NCBI RefSeq assembly: GCF_006345805.1
Contig: NC_043020.1
Coordinates: forward strand, 23,622,001-23,686,000
Source of the DNA: Octopus sinensis
Taxonomy: Eukaryota
Length of the DNA stretch: 64,000 nt
Direction: 5' to 3'
Shown: positions 39,124 to 53,481 of the stretch, piece after piece
Layout: every line of letters starts with the position of its first letter
How positions within the stretch are numbered: the first letter of the stretch is position 1
Made by a program: the position numbers and the translations under genes
Notes under the pieces: model-generated
The model's input: the letters and a program-made list of their open reading frames with translations, nothing else
What the model was told of the DNA's origin: nothing
The model's database searches: none

Positions 39124-39662
39124 TGCAACAAATGTACTCGAAAGACACATTTAGTTTTTTTTTTCCAACTGTTTCTGGTAACGAGACAATGATTACGAAG
39201 AGAATTATTCTCAGCGGGTATTAATGAAGCTTCATACAGTTTAATACGAATGATTAATGTTTAATTTAAATTCCTCTGAGATAAAGTTAAAAATATAAAA
39301 GACGAATGGAATGACATTCCGCATTTTCAAAATTGTCTTTTAGTAATAATTTTTATTGTAAAAGACACTAAAAATATGATGTAGTCAATTCAAATGATCT
39401 CTCAAAATTGCAACGTATATAAATTTTTAATTAGAAATCTTTCATACCCGTATGCCACTTACAACTCCTGGTATTTGAAAATGTTACCTTTAAGAAATAT
39501 TTCTAAAGCCATTCATAAATCAGTTCCTGATTTTATAAGAATTATATTGTATCTTTTATCTCTTACTTGTTTCAATCATTGACTGCGCCTCCTCTGGGGC
39601 ACCGCTTTGGAGACTAATTTGTAGTCGAAAAAATCGCGTGTGCATGTGGATATATCTATATC

Positions 39663-39761
<99 letters not shown>

Positions 39762-39814
39762 GTCTATCTATCTATCTCTCTCTCTATCTATCTATCTATC
39801 TATCTATCTCTCTA

Positions 39815-39908
<94 letters not shown>

Positions 39909-40149
39909 GTAGATACTGTAGATTTAGGGTGAATACTTGATAAGTGTAAGCACCTGTATATGCCAGATAGTGGCAGAGGTGAGAGAGAATATATCAAATA
40001 AAATTAAAAGCAGAACACAAACGATATCGTGGTACACGTGTTTCAAGCTTTATAAACAATCCATTATTACATCAGTGTATTATTGATATAAAAAAAGGTT
40101 TAAAGCTCTCTTCTGCCGCAAACATTGTTAGTCTAAAGAATTACATCAC

Positions 40150-40257
<108 letters not shown>

Positions 40258-41029
40258 ATATATATATATAATCGTGTCTGTGTGGTAAGAAGCTTGTTTC
40301 ACAATTACACAGTTCCGGGTATAGTTCCACTAAATGGCGCCTTGAACAGGTGTAATCTATTTTAGCTACGTGCAACCGAAGCCTTGTGCGTGGATTTGAT
40401 AGGCGGAAACTGAAAGTACAGTTCTTTACCATCAGAGTTAACCTAGAGTGCAGATGGGGGTAGTAAGGATTGCGAAACAACAGATTCAACTGCAACAAAA
40501 TATAAACAACCTGGGTAGCCTTTACGTGGATATATGACCTGCTAGAAATAACGATCAAACATCACGAGAAAGTACAAAAAAAAAGAGAAATAGGCAATAA
40601 AACAAGACGGTGACAGCGGCAAATGTTGCTAAGCTCTGTAAACTACTCCCCTTATTCAAAGAGGCCGAGTATAATTGAACTATGCCACAAAAGATTTACT
40701 AAGATTGCTCTGTACAGAAACCGAGCTCGTGTTTATATTTATTTGACAACCCAACATTTAGAGGAGAAATACATTTTCATTTAGCCGTTTTATTTATGTT
40801 ATACTTATAGCGATCAATCATTATTTTTATGGTGTTATAGCATTTATAAATACTAATCTATATATATTCCATATTGTCATTTATAATTTTGGAAGTCATT
40901 TATCACGATTACCGACTGTTCTACGTACTGCAGGGAATGGTGGTTTTTGTGATCCGATTTCTCTTTATTAAACTAATTACCCAAGAAAAGCAGAATAAAC
41001 ACAACGAGATATATCATTAGACGCACACA

Positions 41030-41175
41030 CATACTACTACTACTACCACCACCACCAGCACCACCACCAGCACCACCAGCACCAGCACCAGCACCAGCAC
41101 CACCACCTCCACCACCACTACTACTACTACTACGACACCACCGCTACTACTACTACTACTACTACGACACCACCG

Positions 41176-41215
<40 letters not shown>

Positions 41216-41232
41216 CACCACCACCACCGCCG

Positions 41233-41288
<56 letters not shown>

Positions 41289-41290
41289 GC
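41030..41290. repeat. (CTA)n/(CCA)n/(CCAGCA)n array
   Basis: Direct inspection. Confidence 0.9.
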
Positions 41291-41556
41291 CGATAATAAT
41301 TATAAAGACAACAATACAGTAAAGGTTCATGTTCTAATTTAAACGTTTTCCAATTCTGTACATCTGTAATATGTCAATTTAAGAGGGAAAAAAACTCAAC
41401 CAAAATTACCATCTAGAAAACAAAAAAGACGATAAACTACCAAAAAATCTTTTTGACGTGAATCTAAAATAAATCCAAATTATCATTTAATTGAAGATGA
41501 TGCTTATTCCTGTCGTTGCTACCAACACTACTTTCTAAATGTATTACCTATATATA

Positions 41557-41712
41557 TGTGGCTGTGTGGCAAGTAGCTGGTTTACCAACCACATGGTTCC
41601 GGGTTCCGTCCCACTGCGTGGCACCTTGGGCAAGTGTCTTCTATTATAGCCTCGGGCCGACCAAAGCCTCGTGAGTGGATTTGGTAGACGGAAACTGAAG
41701 AAGACCGTCATA

Positions 41713-41755
<43 letters not shown>

Positions 41756-41875
41756 TATATATATATGCGTGTGTGTGTTTACAAAAGAATAAGTCCCGGG
41801 GTCGAGTTGCTCGATTAAAGGCGGTGCTCCATCATGGCCGTGATCAGATGACTGAACAAGTAAAAGAGTAAAAGA
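41557..41875 (+). mobile_element. Type A SINE, internally deleted
   Basis: Head and tail match consensus. Confidence 0.8.
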
Positions 41876-41923
<48 letters not shown>

Positions 41924-42029
41924 TACCTTTAATCATGGTTTTTCTTGTGCTTGTGAATATATAGACGTATGTATGAACTTTTACGGTACGCATGTGTGTG
42001 TGTATGAGTTTGTATATATATGCGTATAT

Positions 42030-42398
42030 ATTTGGCGAAAAATGCGAGTGAAGATGTGTACGTTTTCATAGTGACGTATAAGTACGCACGTGGATCCGCG
42101 AGCGCACATGTAAGCGTATGACTAGCCATGTTTTACGTGTTTACTATGAAATTTTAATCTTGTTTTATATAATTATAACACAGTAATTTCCCTTTATATA
42201 ACGGTATTTTTTCATAGCGTTTTTTCAGATGGCCAAATAACCGAAGAGATGGTGTTGTGGATTTCCACTTCGGCATCTGAAACTCAGAGTTTTATCTTGA
42301 CTATTGAGTAATTGTAACATATTATTTTATAGATAATTTCCTCTATTTATATAATATGAGGTCTCTTTCTTTCTTTTGTTATCTTACCGTTTTTACCA

Positions 42399-42399
<1 letters not shown>
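42030..42399 (+). mobile_element. PLE-end-like element with a degenerate HHR motif (42237-42295)
   Basis: ATAA CCGAAGA GATG...CATC T GAAA CTCAGAG TT TTAT; second copy at 44698-45125. Confidence 0.5.
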
Positions 42400-42433
<34 letters not shown>

Positions 42434-43100
42434 AATAACATAAATAATATATAAATATATGCATATATACATACATATATGTACATACCTACATCTATAC
42501 AAAATACAAAGCTATATCTTGAGATCGCTAGTGACAACAACACTCAAAATAAATAACAGACTGGAATTGTAGTGCTCAAATGAGCTGTATACACTTATTA
42601 ATCGGAGGGGAGGCAATGTGAGCAGGAAGTAAAGGAACATTCCAAAATCCACAGAAAGATCAAACACATACATATATTCTCATATATTCATTTATACCTA
42701 CAGACTTTATATCACTATAGGAAGGTGAAATTCCCCGTCTCGTCCCCTCAATTTGCTCCGATTGAGATATATTTCAAAATTACAATAACTGAAGCTGTGT
42801 AGCTTAACGTTATTAAAGATGTAACCGTTTTAATGATACTCTTTATTTTCTTCAATGCTTTTTAAAAGAAAAAAAAAACAAAAACTGTGCAGCTCTTCTC
42901 TGTCAAATGCTTTCCTCTTTAAAGTCGATTTAAGATATCAATTATGAGTATTAAAATCGATTTTATTCGCATTTGTTAATCTGTTTCAATGTTGATATTA
43001 TGAAATGAATTCAAATACTACACACACAAAACAAATATCTTTAACCTGGTTGGCTCGTTTTAAGTGGGTCGACTTCAATATCAAAAATGTGAAATCGCTC

Positions 43101-43202
<102 letters not shown>

Positions 43203-43204
43203 GT

Positions 43205-43555
43205 ATGTATATATTCTTTTATTCTTTTACATGTTTCAGTCATCAGACTGCGGCCACGCTGGAGCACCGCATTTAGTCGAACAAATCGACTCCAGGACTT
43301 ATTCTTTGTAAGCCAAGTACTTATTCTATCGGTCTCTTTTGTCGCACCGCTAAGTTACGTTTGTGAAGCGATGGTGGGGGAACAGACACAGACAGACAAA
43401 TATATGCATATATATATACACGGCGGACATCTTTCAGTTTCCGTCTGCCAAATCTGATGCTACAGCAAAAGACACTTACTCAAGGTGCCACGCAGTGGGA
43501 CTGAACCCGGAACTATGTGTTTGGGAACCAAGCTTGTTACCACACGGCTACGCCT
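43205..43555 (-). mobile_element. Type A SINE with deletions
   Basis: Reverse complement of the consensus tail and head. Confidence 0.75.
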
Positions 43556-43644
43556 CCACCTTCGACTTAGATGCAAACCGAGTGAAGTCTATTTGCTGTA
43601 TGAATGGTTTGATGTCAAGTTACAATAAAAGTTTATATATATAA

Positions 43645-43855
43645 CGGCGGCGAGCTGGCAGAATGGTTAGCACGTCGGATGAAATACTTAGCGGTATTTC
43701 ATCTGTCTTCATGTTCTGGGTTCAAATTCCGCCGAGGGCAACTTGGCCTTTCATCTTTTCGGGGTCGATAAATTAAGTACCAGTGAAACACTAGCGTCGA
43801 TGTAATTGACTAATCTCCTACCTACAAATTGCAGACCTTGTGCCTATAGTAGAAA
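43645..43855 (+). mobile_element. Type B SINE
   Basis: GGCGGCGAGCTGGCAGAATGGTTAGC...GGGTTCAAATTCC. Confidence 0.8.
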
Positions 43856-44254
43856 AGTTATATAATATACAATATATGTATAATATATATATATGTATGT
43901 ATATATGCATATGTGGAGGCGTGTAGCTTAGTGGTTAGGGTGTCAGAACCATGCGTTCTGGTGGCGATGAAGTTGTTGAAGGTGTGTTTGGCATCGTCTT
44001 GGTTTTTGTAAGCATTTCTCACGCAGGAAGTTGTCAAGATGCTTGAAAAAGTGGTTGTTAGTAGGCGAGAATATAAATGTCCTGAAAATTCCACACACCC
44101 TTGGGTTTGTTGTCTCATTTTATTTGACATATATATGCTCAAACAAGACCCGCATTAGACTCCTCACTCGTATCATTTTCGAACCGAGAGTTTAACTACG
44201 GACCTTCCATAGAAATTACATAGCGTTACCTGCCATCTTGGATCTTCAGGATAT

Positions 44255-44330
<76 letters not shown>

Positions 44331-44372
44331 TTATATATATTTATATATATATTCTCAATATATATATATATA

Positions 44373-44452
44373 TCTCAATTCATTGTAATGTATCATCTAG
44401 ATGTGTTGCGTGCACGCAACACATCTAGATGATACATTACAATGAATTGAGA
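44373..44452. repeat. 80-bp perfect palindrome with no spacer
   Basis: TCTCAATT...GTTGCGTG|CACGCAAC...AATTGAGA; axis at 44412/44413. Confidence 0.95.
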
Positions 44453-44647
44453 AATTTGAAAACTTATACACGAACCGGTAATTTCTTCAAAAACTATTTC
44501 ACTGTATGAAAAAAATTTATAACATTCTTCTGACATAATGACTCAAATATATATTTTTTAACCTTTTAAAACAAGCCTTCTGTAGTTTTTTCACTTTTTA
44601 CTATTTTCTATATATTCAACCACGTGCTTTCACACACAACTTTCTCA

Positions 44648-44697
<50 letters not shown>

Positions 44698-44698
<1 letters not shown>

Positions 44699-45125
44699 TG
44701 GTAAAAACGGTAAGATAACAAAAGAAAGAAAGAGACCTCAATATTATGTAAATAGATGAAATTCTTTAAAATAATATGTTACAATTATACAATAGTCAAG
44801 ATAAAACTCTGAAAAATTTGGCGAAAAATGCGAGTGAAGATGTGTACGAATTCATAGTGACATATAAGTACGTACGTGGGTCCGCGAGCGCAAAAGTGAG
44901 CGTATGAGTAGCCATGTTTATGTCTTTACTATGAACTTTTAATCTTAATTTATATAAGTAGCGGAATTATAACACAGTAATTTCCCTTTATATAACGGTA
45001 TTTTTTCATAGCGTTTTTCTGATGGCCAGCTAACCGAAGAGATGGTGTTGTGGATTTCCACTTCGGCATCCGAAACTCAGAGTTTTATCTTGACTATTGT
45101 ATAATTGTAACATATTATTTCATAT
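44698..45125 (+). mobile_element. Fold-back copy of the 42030 family
   Basis: 44698-44812 is the reverse complement of the family 3' end; HHR-like motif at 45031-45087. Confidence 0.6.
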
Positions 45126-45127
45126 AT

Positions 45128-45540
45128 AGGCGCAGTAGTGGCTGTGTGGTAAGTAGCTTGCTAACCAACCACATGGTTCCAGGTTCAGTCCCACTGCGTG
45201 GCACCTTGGGCAAGTGTCTTCTGCTATAGCCTCAGGCCGACCAACGCCTTGTGAGTGGATTTGGTAGACGGAAACTGAAAGAAGCCTGTGGTATATATGT
45301 ATATATATATGTATGTGTGTGTGTGTGTTTGTGTGTCTGTGTTTGTCCCCCTAGCATTGCTTGACAATCGATGCTGGTGTGTTTACTTCCCCGTGACTTA
45401 GCGGTTCGGCAAAAGAGACCGATAGAATAAGTACTGGGCTTACAAAGAATAAGTCCCGGGGTCGATTTGCTCGACTAAAGGTGGTGCTCCAGCATGGCCG
45501 GAGTCAAATGACTGAAACAACTAAAAGAATAAAAGAGTAA
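45128..45540 (+). mobile_element. Type A SINE, full length
   Basis: Consensus head and tail. Confidence 0.85.
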
Positions 45541-45561
45541 GAGATATATATATATATATAT

Positions 45562-45715
45562 AGGGAGAGTTTACGAGAAAAAAACAAAAGACGAAGACAG
45601 GTGGTGTACAAAACAAACAGATGTATTAGTATAACGCTCAGGAATAGAAAAAGTCTTTTACGTTTCGAGCCTACGCTCTTCTACAGAAAGGGACACAGAA
45701 AATCAAGGAGAGAAT
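45562..45715 (-). mobile_element. Short element related to 38798-39025, with an HHR motif at 45655-45690
   Basis: Minus strand CTTT CTGTAGA A GAGC-GTAG-GCTC GAAA CG TA AAAG (A6 to U change). Confidence 0.6.
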
Positions 45716-45719
45716 TTAT

Positions 45720-46165
45720 TTATACTTCCGTTTCGCCTTTTAAGACTTCATCATGGCGTCAAGGCAGTAAGAAGTAATAGAACGCGTGGTCCTGTATTCT
45801 TGTTTTGGGGGTAAACGGGAGGATGAGATAACATGGCTGTGTGTTCATTTGGTATATAGGTTAGCAAAACATTCTATTAGTTGTTTGATTGTTTGTGGGA
45901 AGTAGAACAAGGCTGAGTTAGTGGAACTAATCAGTTAAGATTTTATGTGAATACTGTAAAATATTTTCTTAGTAGAGACCATAAAAAAGAACAAGAAATC
46001 TTCTATAACTTTCCGCAAATATTTATCCAAGTTGAATCACACCAATATCAAAAATGCTTGAAAACGATGTTACAATTAAATATTTCAAAAACTGATATGT
46101 CACACCCTATATTTCTATATTGCTTTGCATATGAACTTGTGTGTACCATCTGAGCTTTGAATAAA
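45720..46165 (-). mobile_element. Decayed Neptune-like PLE 3' end
   Basis: Minus strand QYRNIG.. resembles the post-GIY-YIG region; HHR relic ATGATGA A GTC..GGC GAAA at 45727-45755. Confidence 0.4.
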
Positions 46166-46417
46166 TATTGTTTGTACATTTTCTAAAATGAAATTTTCAA
46201 AAATATGTTTACTTCACCTGTAATTAAAACAAAATCTAATAAATTTGGTATCCAACACCCCTCCCCTACAGGCAAACACACACACGCAGAGGCATAGATA
46301 CGCATCCTGACGCATATATGTATATATGCATGTATATATACATATATATGTATAATTACATTTACCCAAATAAAAGTGCATTTTCATCTCAAATTTCCTA
46401 ATATATATATATATATA

Positions 46418-46476
<59 letters not shown>

Positions 46477-46749
46477 TATATAATATGTATGTATGTATAT
46501 ATATATAACACATGAACACGCACACGAGTACACACATCTGTATTTATATATATGTATATTTATGTGTCTTATATACACAGCATATATGCATGCATGCGTC
46601 TAGTTATATATGCGCAAGCGTGAGTATGTGCATGTGAACCAACATTAAAATATCTTGTGTTAATTTATCAAATTTACCTTGTTTTTTCTTTAGAAATAGA
46701 TATTTATTTTACGATATAATATTTCAACAAACTGTCTTTTACTCTCCAC

Positions 46750-46944
46750 TCTTTTACTTGTTTCAGTCATTTGACTGCGGCCATGCCGGAGCAGCGCCTT
46801 TAATCGAGCAACTCGACCCGGGACTTATTCTTTTGTAAGCCCAATACTTATTCTATCGGTCTCTTTGCCGAACCGCTAAGTAACGGGGACACAAACACAC
46901 CAGCATCGGTTGTGAAGCAATGCTAGGGGGACAAACACACAACA

Positions 46945-46997
<53 letters not shown>

Positions 46998-47160
46998 GTA
47001 CGACAGGCTTCTTTCAGTTTCCGTCTACCAAATCTACTCACAAGGCTTGGTCGGCCCGAGGCTATGGTAGAAGACACTTGCCCAAGGTGCCACGCAGTGG
47101 GACTGAACCCGGAGCCATGTGGTTGGTAAGCAAGCTACTTACCACACAGCCACTCCTGCG
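46750..47160 (-). mobile_element. Type A SINE, full length
   Basis: Reverse complement of consensus. Confidence 0.85.
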
Positions 47161-47750
47161 TCTATTAATACCTATTAATATGCTATATTTTCAACAACAT
47201 ACGCTGAAAAACTGATGAAAGATTTCTAACCAATTCAGGAAGCGATATAATCTGCTGGCCCTCATTGAAAATGCACTAAAGATACACTGAAAAAAGTATA
47301 TTTATTCAGAACTGAAGCTGTTCTACACATATGAAGTAAAATTTAGGAATGTTCACACACACACACACACACACCCACACGCGCGCGCGCGCGCGCGGCG
47401 TGTATTTGTGAGTGTTCGATATCAGTTTGTGCGTGTTAGTGCATGTATGCGCAATCATTCATATATAAATTCACCTTTGCATATTCCCTGTATCCTTTAG
47501 AGTTTATGAAACATACCGTTATTTGTGCATGTGAGTGGTGAAAAAAGTATTCCCCAAATTATACAGATTGATATCTCCCTACTGTTCACAAAGCTAAGCA
47601 CTCGAATTCGTTTGAAAAGCATATATAAAATATATAATAAAGTACTTATATAAATATGTTTCTGAACTATATATAAATGCTTTATATATTGTCTCTCTCT
47701 TTCTCTCTGTCCTGTCTCTCTTTCTCCTCTCTCTCTCTCTCCATATATAT

Positions 47751-47786
<36 letters not shown>

Positions 47787-48023
47787 ATATATACATATAT
47801 ATATATATACTATATATATATATATATATACAATAATATTATATATATGTATATATATATATCACATATATATAATAGTATATAATAATATATGTATTAA
47901 TATATATATATATGTATATATATATATACACATATATATATATATGTATATTATATATGTATATATATATATGTATATATATATATGGATATATAGATAT
48001 ATATATTGTATAATATTATATGG

Positions 48024-48065
<42 letters not shown>

Positions 48066-48153
48066 TATATCTTTAATATATATTATGTAAAAAAAAAATT
48101 TAATCTTCGGAATTTTAAAATATGGTAGGCCATGGTTTTATTGATTAATATCA

Positions 48154-48193
<40 letters not shown>

Positions 48194-48271
48194 GACGTAT
48201 GTATATATATATAATATATATATATATATATAATATATATACGCGAGAAAGAAGCAACAAGAATGGATAGG

Positions 48272-48362
48272 TTTTTGTACAATCGTTTCATACAAGGACA
48301 GGCTTTATTAAAAGTTGCAAAAATTACAGCATATAAACGTGTCCCGTACTCATCAGCTAAAA
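48272..48362 (-). ncRNA. Type I HHR motif in the 3' pLTR (1-nt deletion in stem I)
   Basis: TTTTAG CTGATGA GTACGGGACA...TGTCCTTGTAT GAAA CGATTG TA CAAAAA. Confidence 0.65.
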
Positions 48363-49810
48363 TACATGTGAGTTCTCTAGACATCCTAGTGGTTGAGGCT
48401 ATACTCATGAAGTGATGTAGATAATTAAGTAACATAAACAGATTTCCAAAGTTCATTAAAGTTCTTTAAAGATGATGTACAGTCTTATTACAGAATTTTA
48501 AAAAAGTTTTAATAGCATCACAGAGAAGGTGACCTAATCCATAGTGCACATATGAATTCCAGAGATATGAGGAGGGATTACATACTCACAGACGACAAAT
48601 TTATCCATTGTTAATCACAACGAGGTGGGTCTCAATTCCTGCTTATTAGCATTACAGAGAGGGTGAATTAATCCTTTGTATAGATGCACAATTTCAACAA
48701 TGGTGTAGATGTAAATTTCCAGAGAAATGAAGAGGAATTTCATATTCACAGGCGATAAATTTATCAATGGTTGAACACAATGAGGTAGGTATCAATTCTT
48801 GTTATATGATTAGGTATTTGCCACATTAATCACATTACTGCTATTTACAAGAGGCTGTAGCTATTTAACTTTTAAAGGCTGAAGGGCTTTCTAGAGAGGC
48901 AAAGAACAGAAAAAGGGAAGGGAAGAGAAGAAAAGAGAGAAAATAAAGGAGGAGGGAGCAAAAAGGGGGGGGAGGGGGACTAAAAGAGAAGAGAAAAGGA
49001 AAAAGAGAATAAGAAGAAGAAAAGAAAAAAGAGAAAAGAGAAAGAAATAGGGAAAGAAGGGAAAAAAAAAGAAAAAGAAAAAAAGAGGGTTCTAGTTATA
49101 CAGAAGAATTAGTAGACGGCAAGTCTGGTTTTAATTTACAGGCATCTAGGAACTAGAGGAGAATATTATTCTTTGACCAGTAAAACAGCTAATTTATTGC
49201 TGTTGAAATCAGCTATGAATTTAAAGAGAATCTAAAGAGATAACACGGTCAGGGGTTTAGGGGTCAGAGGCTAAAATCAAAAGAAAATACATTAGGAAAA
49301 TCTAAGTATAATCTTATCAAAAAGTCATTAAATTTATTTATTTAATTATTCATTTTATTGTCTTAAGGAGTTGCCGTTATTATTCATACATTGACGGACT
49401 ACAGGTCAAATCTTAGAAGATCATTTACAAGGTGTTAGGGAATTGTCTATCATAATGAAGATAATCATATTATCACCGAGGGAGTAGCCTTATTTATTTA
49501 ATTTTGAAATAGAATTATGGGGCTTTAGTAACTCATTTTATTTTATTAAGTTATGCTACTTAAATAGATTAAGTTAAGAATTAAAATTAAAAATTACAAT
49601 TAAGATTTAAAATTATGAGTTTGAAATTAAATAAAGCCTCAATTAAGCAGCGTATAAGTACTATTCATTTCCCTGTTCTCAAAAAACTGATGCAGATATA
49701 AGGAAAAAGATAACTGTAGTGTGAGAACTCTTAGTTATCTACTTAAAGCAGTGCTATACTAGTAAAAATCAAGTTATATCTATCTATCTATCTAGTTACG
49801 GATATTCTAA

Positions 49811-52695
49811 TCATTTAAAATATTTTAAAGTCTTCAATTTAGCGTGGACACAAACTTGACCTAGTTCGATATGGTTATTCAATAAGTTTCTATGTTTTCT
49901 ATGCTTTAGAATTTCATACGTCTCCATGGAGCATAGTTGGCAACCAACCCTACTATTTTTTATACGGAATTGCTCTCCTAACTATTTCCCAATTAAGGTT
50001 ATAATTATTATTATTATTTTTGAGTTCCCAGATTTTGTTTGAAAGTGTGGTGGTACCAGCTTTATGACGTAATTTAAAAGACGAGATGTGATTTCTAACT
50101 CTGGCTAGAAAATTAATTGTACATCCAATGTAAAAATATTTGTTATTCTCCGTGGATATGGTACATTTATAGATTACATTATTTTCCCCGCATAGACCAG
50201 GTGCCGGGCATTTTGATTTTATTCTACACTTACACAGGAGGAACAACTTCAGGTTTTGGATTATTCTTGGGTAGATGTCTTAGGTTCCTATTATTTTGAT
50301 TATCATGAGTATAATTGTCCTTATTGTTATTAAATTTCTATAGTTGGTGCTGATATCTAAAGTATTGCTATTATTTATTGATCCTTCTGTTTCATCATTT
50401 AGGTCTAAAGTCCTACCATGATTTCTTATATTATTGGTAATGTTACTATTATTGTTAGTCTTTTTATCCGACTGCATATTGTTGTTATAGATATCACTGA
50501 TATTTTCATTCTCCTTATTTTCTCCATTAGCCTTATTTCTATTATTTCTATTATTAACATTATTACTTCTATTAATATCGGCATTGTTATTATTACTATT
50601 AATGTTAATGTTATTAGTCATTCTGTGGTTACTAATTTCACCTATGTTTTGATAGTTACTATTGCTGTTTTTATTGTTGCTAATGGTATTCATGCTGATA
50701 TTATTATTGCTAATGGTATTCATGCTGATATTATTATTTTTATTTCTATCTTTCCTGGCTAGTTTAATGTTGTTATTATTAATCTTAGCTATTAAAGTGG
50801 ACATATTTGGGAGGGTTGAATAAGAAATCCTAACTGTTTTCCTAGAAATAATTCTATGATATCTATGAGAGATAGGGAAATTTTTTTCCAGAATTACTTT
50901 GAATTTGTTCTGTATATCCGATTGTATCGTACACAGTTGAAAGGAATATTCAGCCATAATATATCTTTTTTATTAAATTTAGGGTTCGTAGAATTATTAC
51001 TATTCATCTCACCGGAGTTATTGTATTTATTACCATTATTTTTATTTTTATTTGTGTGCATCTTAGGTTTATCTACTTCGATATTATCCGAGTTACCTAT
51101 GTTCTGGTCAATGCTTCTATTTGAATTGTTGGGCCTGTACGTTAGATTAGCGTTTACCGTTAATTTAATTCTACTTTTATTTCGGGCTTGGTCTGTATTG
51201 CTGCTTACGTGATTACTGATAACTTCTTTATTAGGAATACGTGAGTGAGTTCTCCTTATCAACGAATGTAATCTTTTGGTTGTATCCAGCCTTAGTTAAC
51301 GCCGCATTATAATGCTCAGAATGGGAGTTAAATATATCCTTATTGGATGATAATTTTGAAATTCTTAATGAAATATTCTTACTAAAGATTCAATTATATT
51401 TGGGGGATGATTTGATAATTTATTTACGTAATTCGTGATTTCGCCTTCCTTTCTAAATGGGTAATGCAGCTTGGAGTTAAGGTCTAGCGTAATATCTAGG
51501 AAGTTAACTATTTTAGTGCCCGGTTCATACGTTATACTGAGGTTGAAATCCTTAAAGAACTTATTAATTTTCTTTCTAATCCTTTCTATAACAGATTTAT
51601 TATTACTAGGGATAACAAACAGAGCATCATCCCTATATAGCCCCCCGCTGTATTTCTGGGATATCCTTGCTTATGCATTTTAATAGATATGCGCCTACTA
51701 GGTTGGTTACCTCAGCCGAATCACTGGAACCCATTGGTATATCAAAATAATTAGGTGTATCTGCTCTAGTCCATAATTTATCTTCAAATTCTATAAATGT
51801 CTTCCTAGCTAGTAGCACAATATTGATTTCTTCTCTAGATATGAGGGAGCGATTCATGGCAAATATTAGTGATTTGTTGAGTAAGATAGGGGAAATACTA
51901 GAGTAATAACTATTAATATCGAACAGAATAAAGGACAGACTACTAGTATTAGTTAGAGAGTTAAACCATTTTAGAACTTCTTCCGTACTTAGCCATAGGT
52001 TTAAGGGGAGAAGAGGGGTTATTTTGGGTAGAACAGTATCCAGGATAGATTTACTAAGTCGGCCAATGTCCGACTTAGTTGGACAGATCAGCCTTACCGA
52101 AGGGTTTTCCAAGAAATTCTTTTTGTGGTCTTTAAGGTTGATCCTGGGCTCACACGGTTTAAGTGGTTCTGTTCTATCCGTTAAATTTAGTTTCTCCATG
52201 ATCTCTTTCATTTCCAGGTTTACTTTTTTCAAATTGTTCTTAGTCGTAATTTTATATTTGGAGTTTAGTCCTTCCTAATAATTTGCTATAAATATCGTAA
52301 TCAACTCTATACATATTACCCGTTTTATCTGCTGGTACTAGGATCCATGTTTGCACCGGGTTGACTGAATAAAGTTCCTAAGGTGTCTAAGGTGAGGGTT
52401 ATATCTTAACGGGTGTTCCTTGAAGCTAATATCATCTATAAGATTCAGCAAGTCTTTCTCAAAGTTCTCCAGGCATGGGTTCTGAGGTGGACTTTTTCTA
52501 CTTTTAAAAATTCTTCTAAAATTCTTTTCGGTATTCTTTTCCTGTGGTTTTCTCTTCTGTTTGACATCAAAATGGTACGTTTTCCACCTGATTCTTCTAA
52601 TGAAATCGTTAATCCTATGAATGAGAAGCCAATTATATCATCTATACTATGTAAGGGGATGTCTTTAGGGGAGAACTCAATGTTACTTTTTCCAT
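49811..52695 (-). pseudogene. PLE polyprotein (RT + C-terminal GIY-YIG), broken by a few single-base frameshifts
   Basis: FIRRIRWK, VPADKTGNMY, FILFDINSYYSSI, FDIPMGSSDSAE, GLYRDDAL (51621-51644), ILWLNIPF, CRIKSKCP..CGENNVIYKC..YFYIGCT, CQLC. Confidence 0.85.
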
Positions 52696-52897
52696 TCTTG
52701 TTGAGAAATTAAGTACCAGAAAAACATACAGACTGTATGGGAATATATTCAAAAAGCAATAAAGATTCAAATTAATTTAAATGAATTTACTTGAATATGG
52801 TACCTAACTTAGATGCACCAAAAAAACTATACTGTTTTAACAATACAGTAATGTGGGGTGATTATAAGCGAGAAAGAAGCAACAAGAATGGATAGGT

Positions 52898-52988
52898 TTT
52901 TAGTACAATCGTTTCATACAAGGACAGGCTTTATTAAAAGTTGCAAAAATTACAGCATATAAACGTGTCCCGTACTCATCAGCTAAAA
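52898..52988 (-). ncRNA. Type I HHR motif in the 5' pLTR
   Basis: TTTTAG CTGATGA stem II (10 bp, 1 bulge) GAAA CGATTG TA CTAAAA. Confidence 0.75.
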
Positions 52989-53481
52989 TACATGTGAGTT
53001 CTCTAGACATCCTAGTGGTTGAGGCTATACTCATGAAGTGATGTAGATAATTAAGTAACATAAACAGATTTCCAAAGTTCATTAAAGTTCTTTAAGATGA
53101 TGTACAGTCTTATCACAGAATTTTAAAAAAGTTTTAATAGCATCACAGAGAAGGTGACCTAATCCATAGTGCACATATGAATTTCCAGAGATATGAGGAG
53201 GGATTACATACTCACAGACGACAAATTATCCATTGTTAATCACAACGAGGTGGGTCTCAATTCTGCTTATTAGCATTACAGAGAGGGTGAATTAATCCTT
53301 TGTATAGATGCACAATTTCCAATGGTGTAGATGTAAATTTTTTAAAATTCTGTGATAAGACTGTACATCATCTTTAAAGAACTTTAATGAACTTTGGATG
53401 AAATCTGTTATGTTACTTAATTATCTACATTACTTCATGAGTATAGCCTCAACCACTAGGATGTCTAGAGAACTCACAGTA

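Noticed and set aside
50418-51212. Hydrophobic plus-strand ORFs
   Set aside because: Antisense shadow of the Asn-rich PLE frame
53080-53400. Long inverted repeat as a DNA transposon TIR pair
   Set aside because: Explained as the inverted pseudo-LTR of the adjacent PLE, which also has a direct copy at 48243
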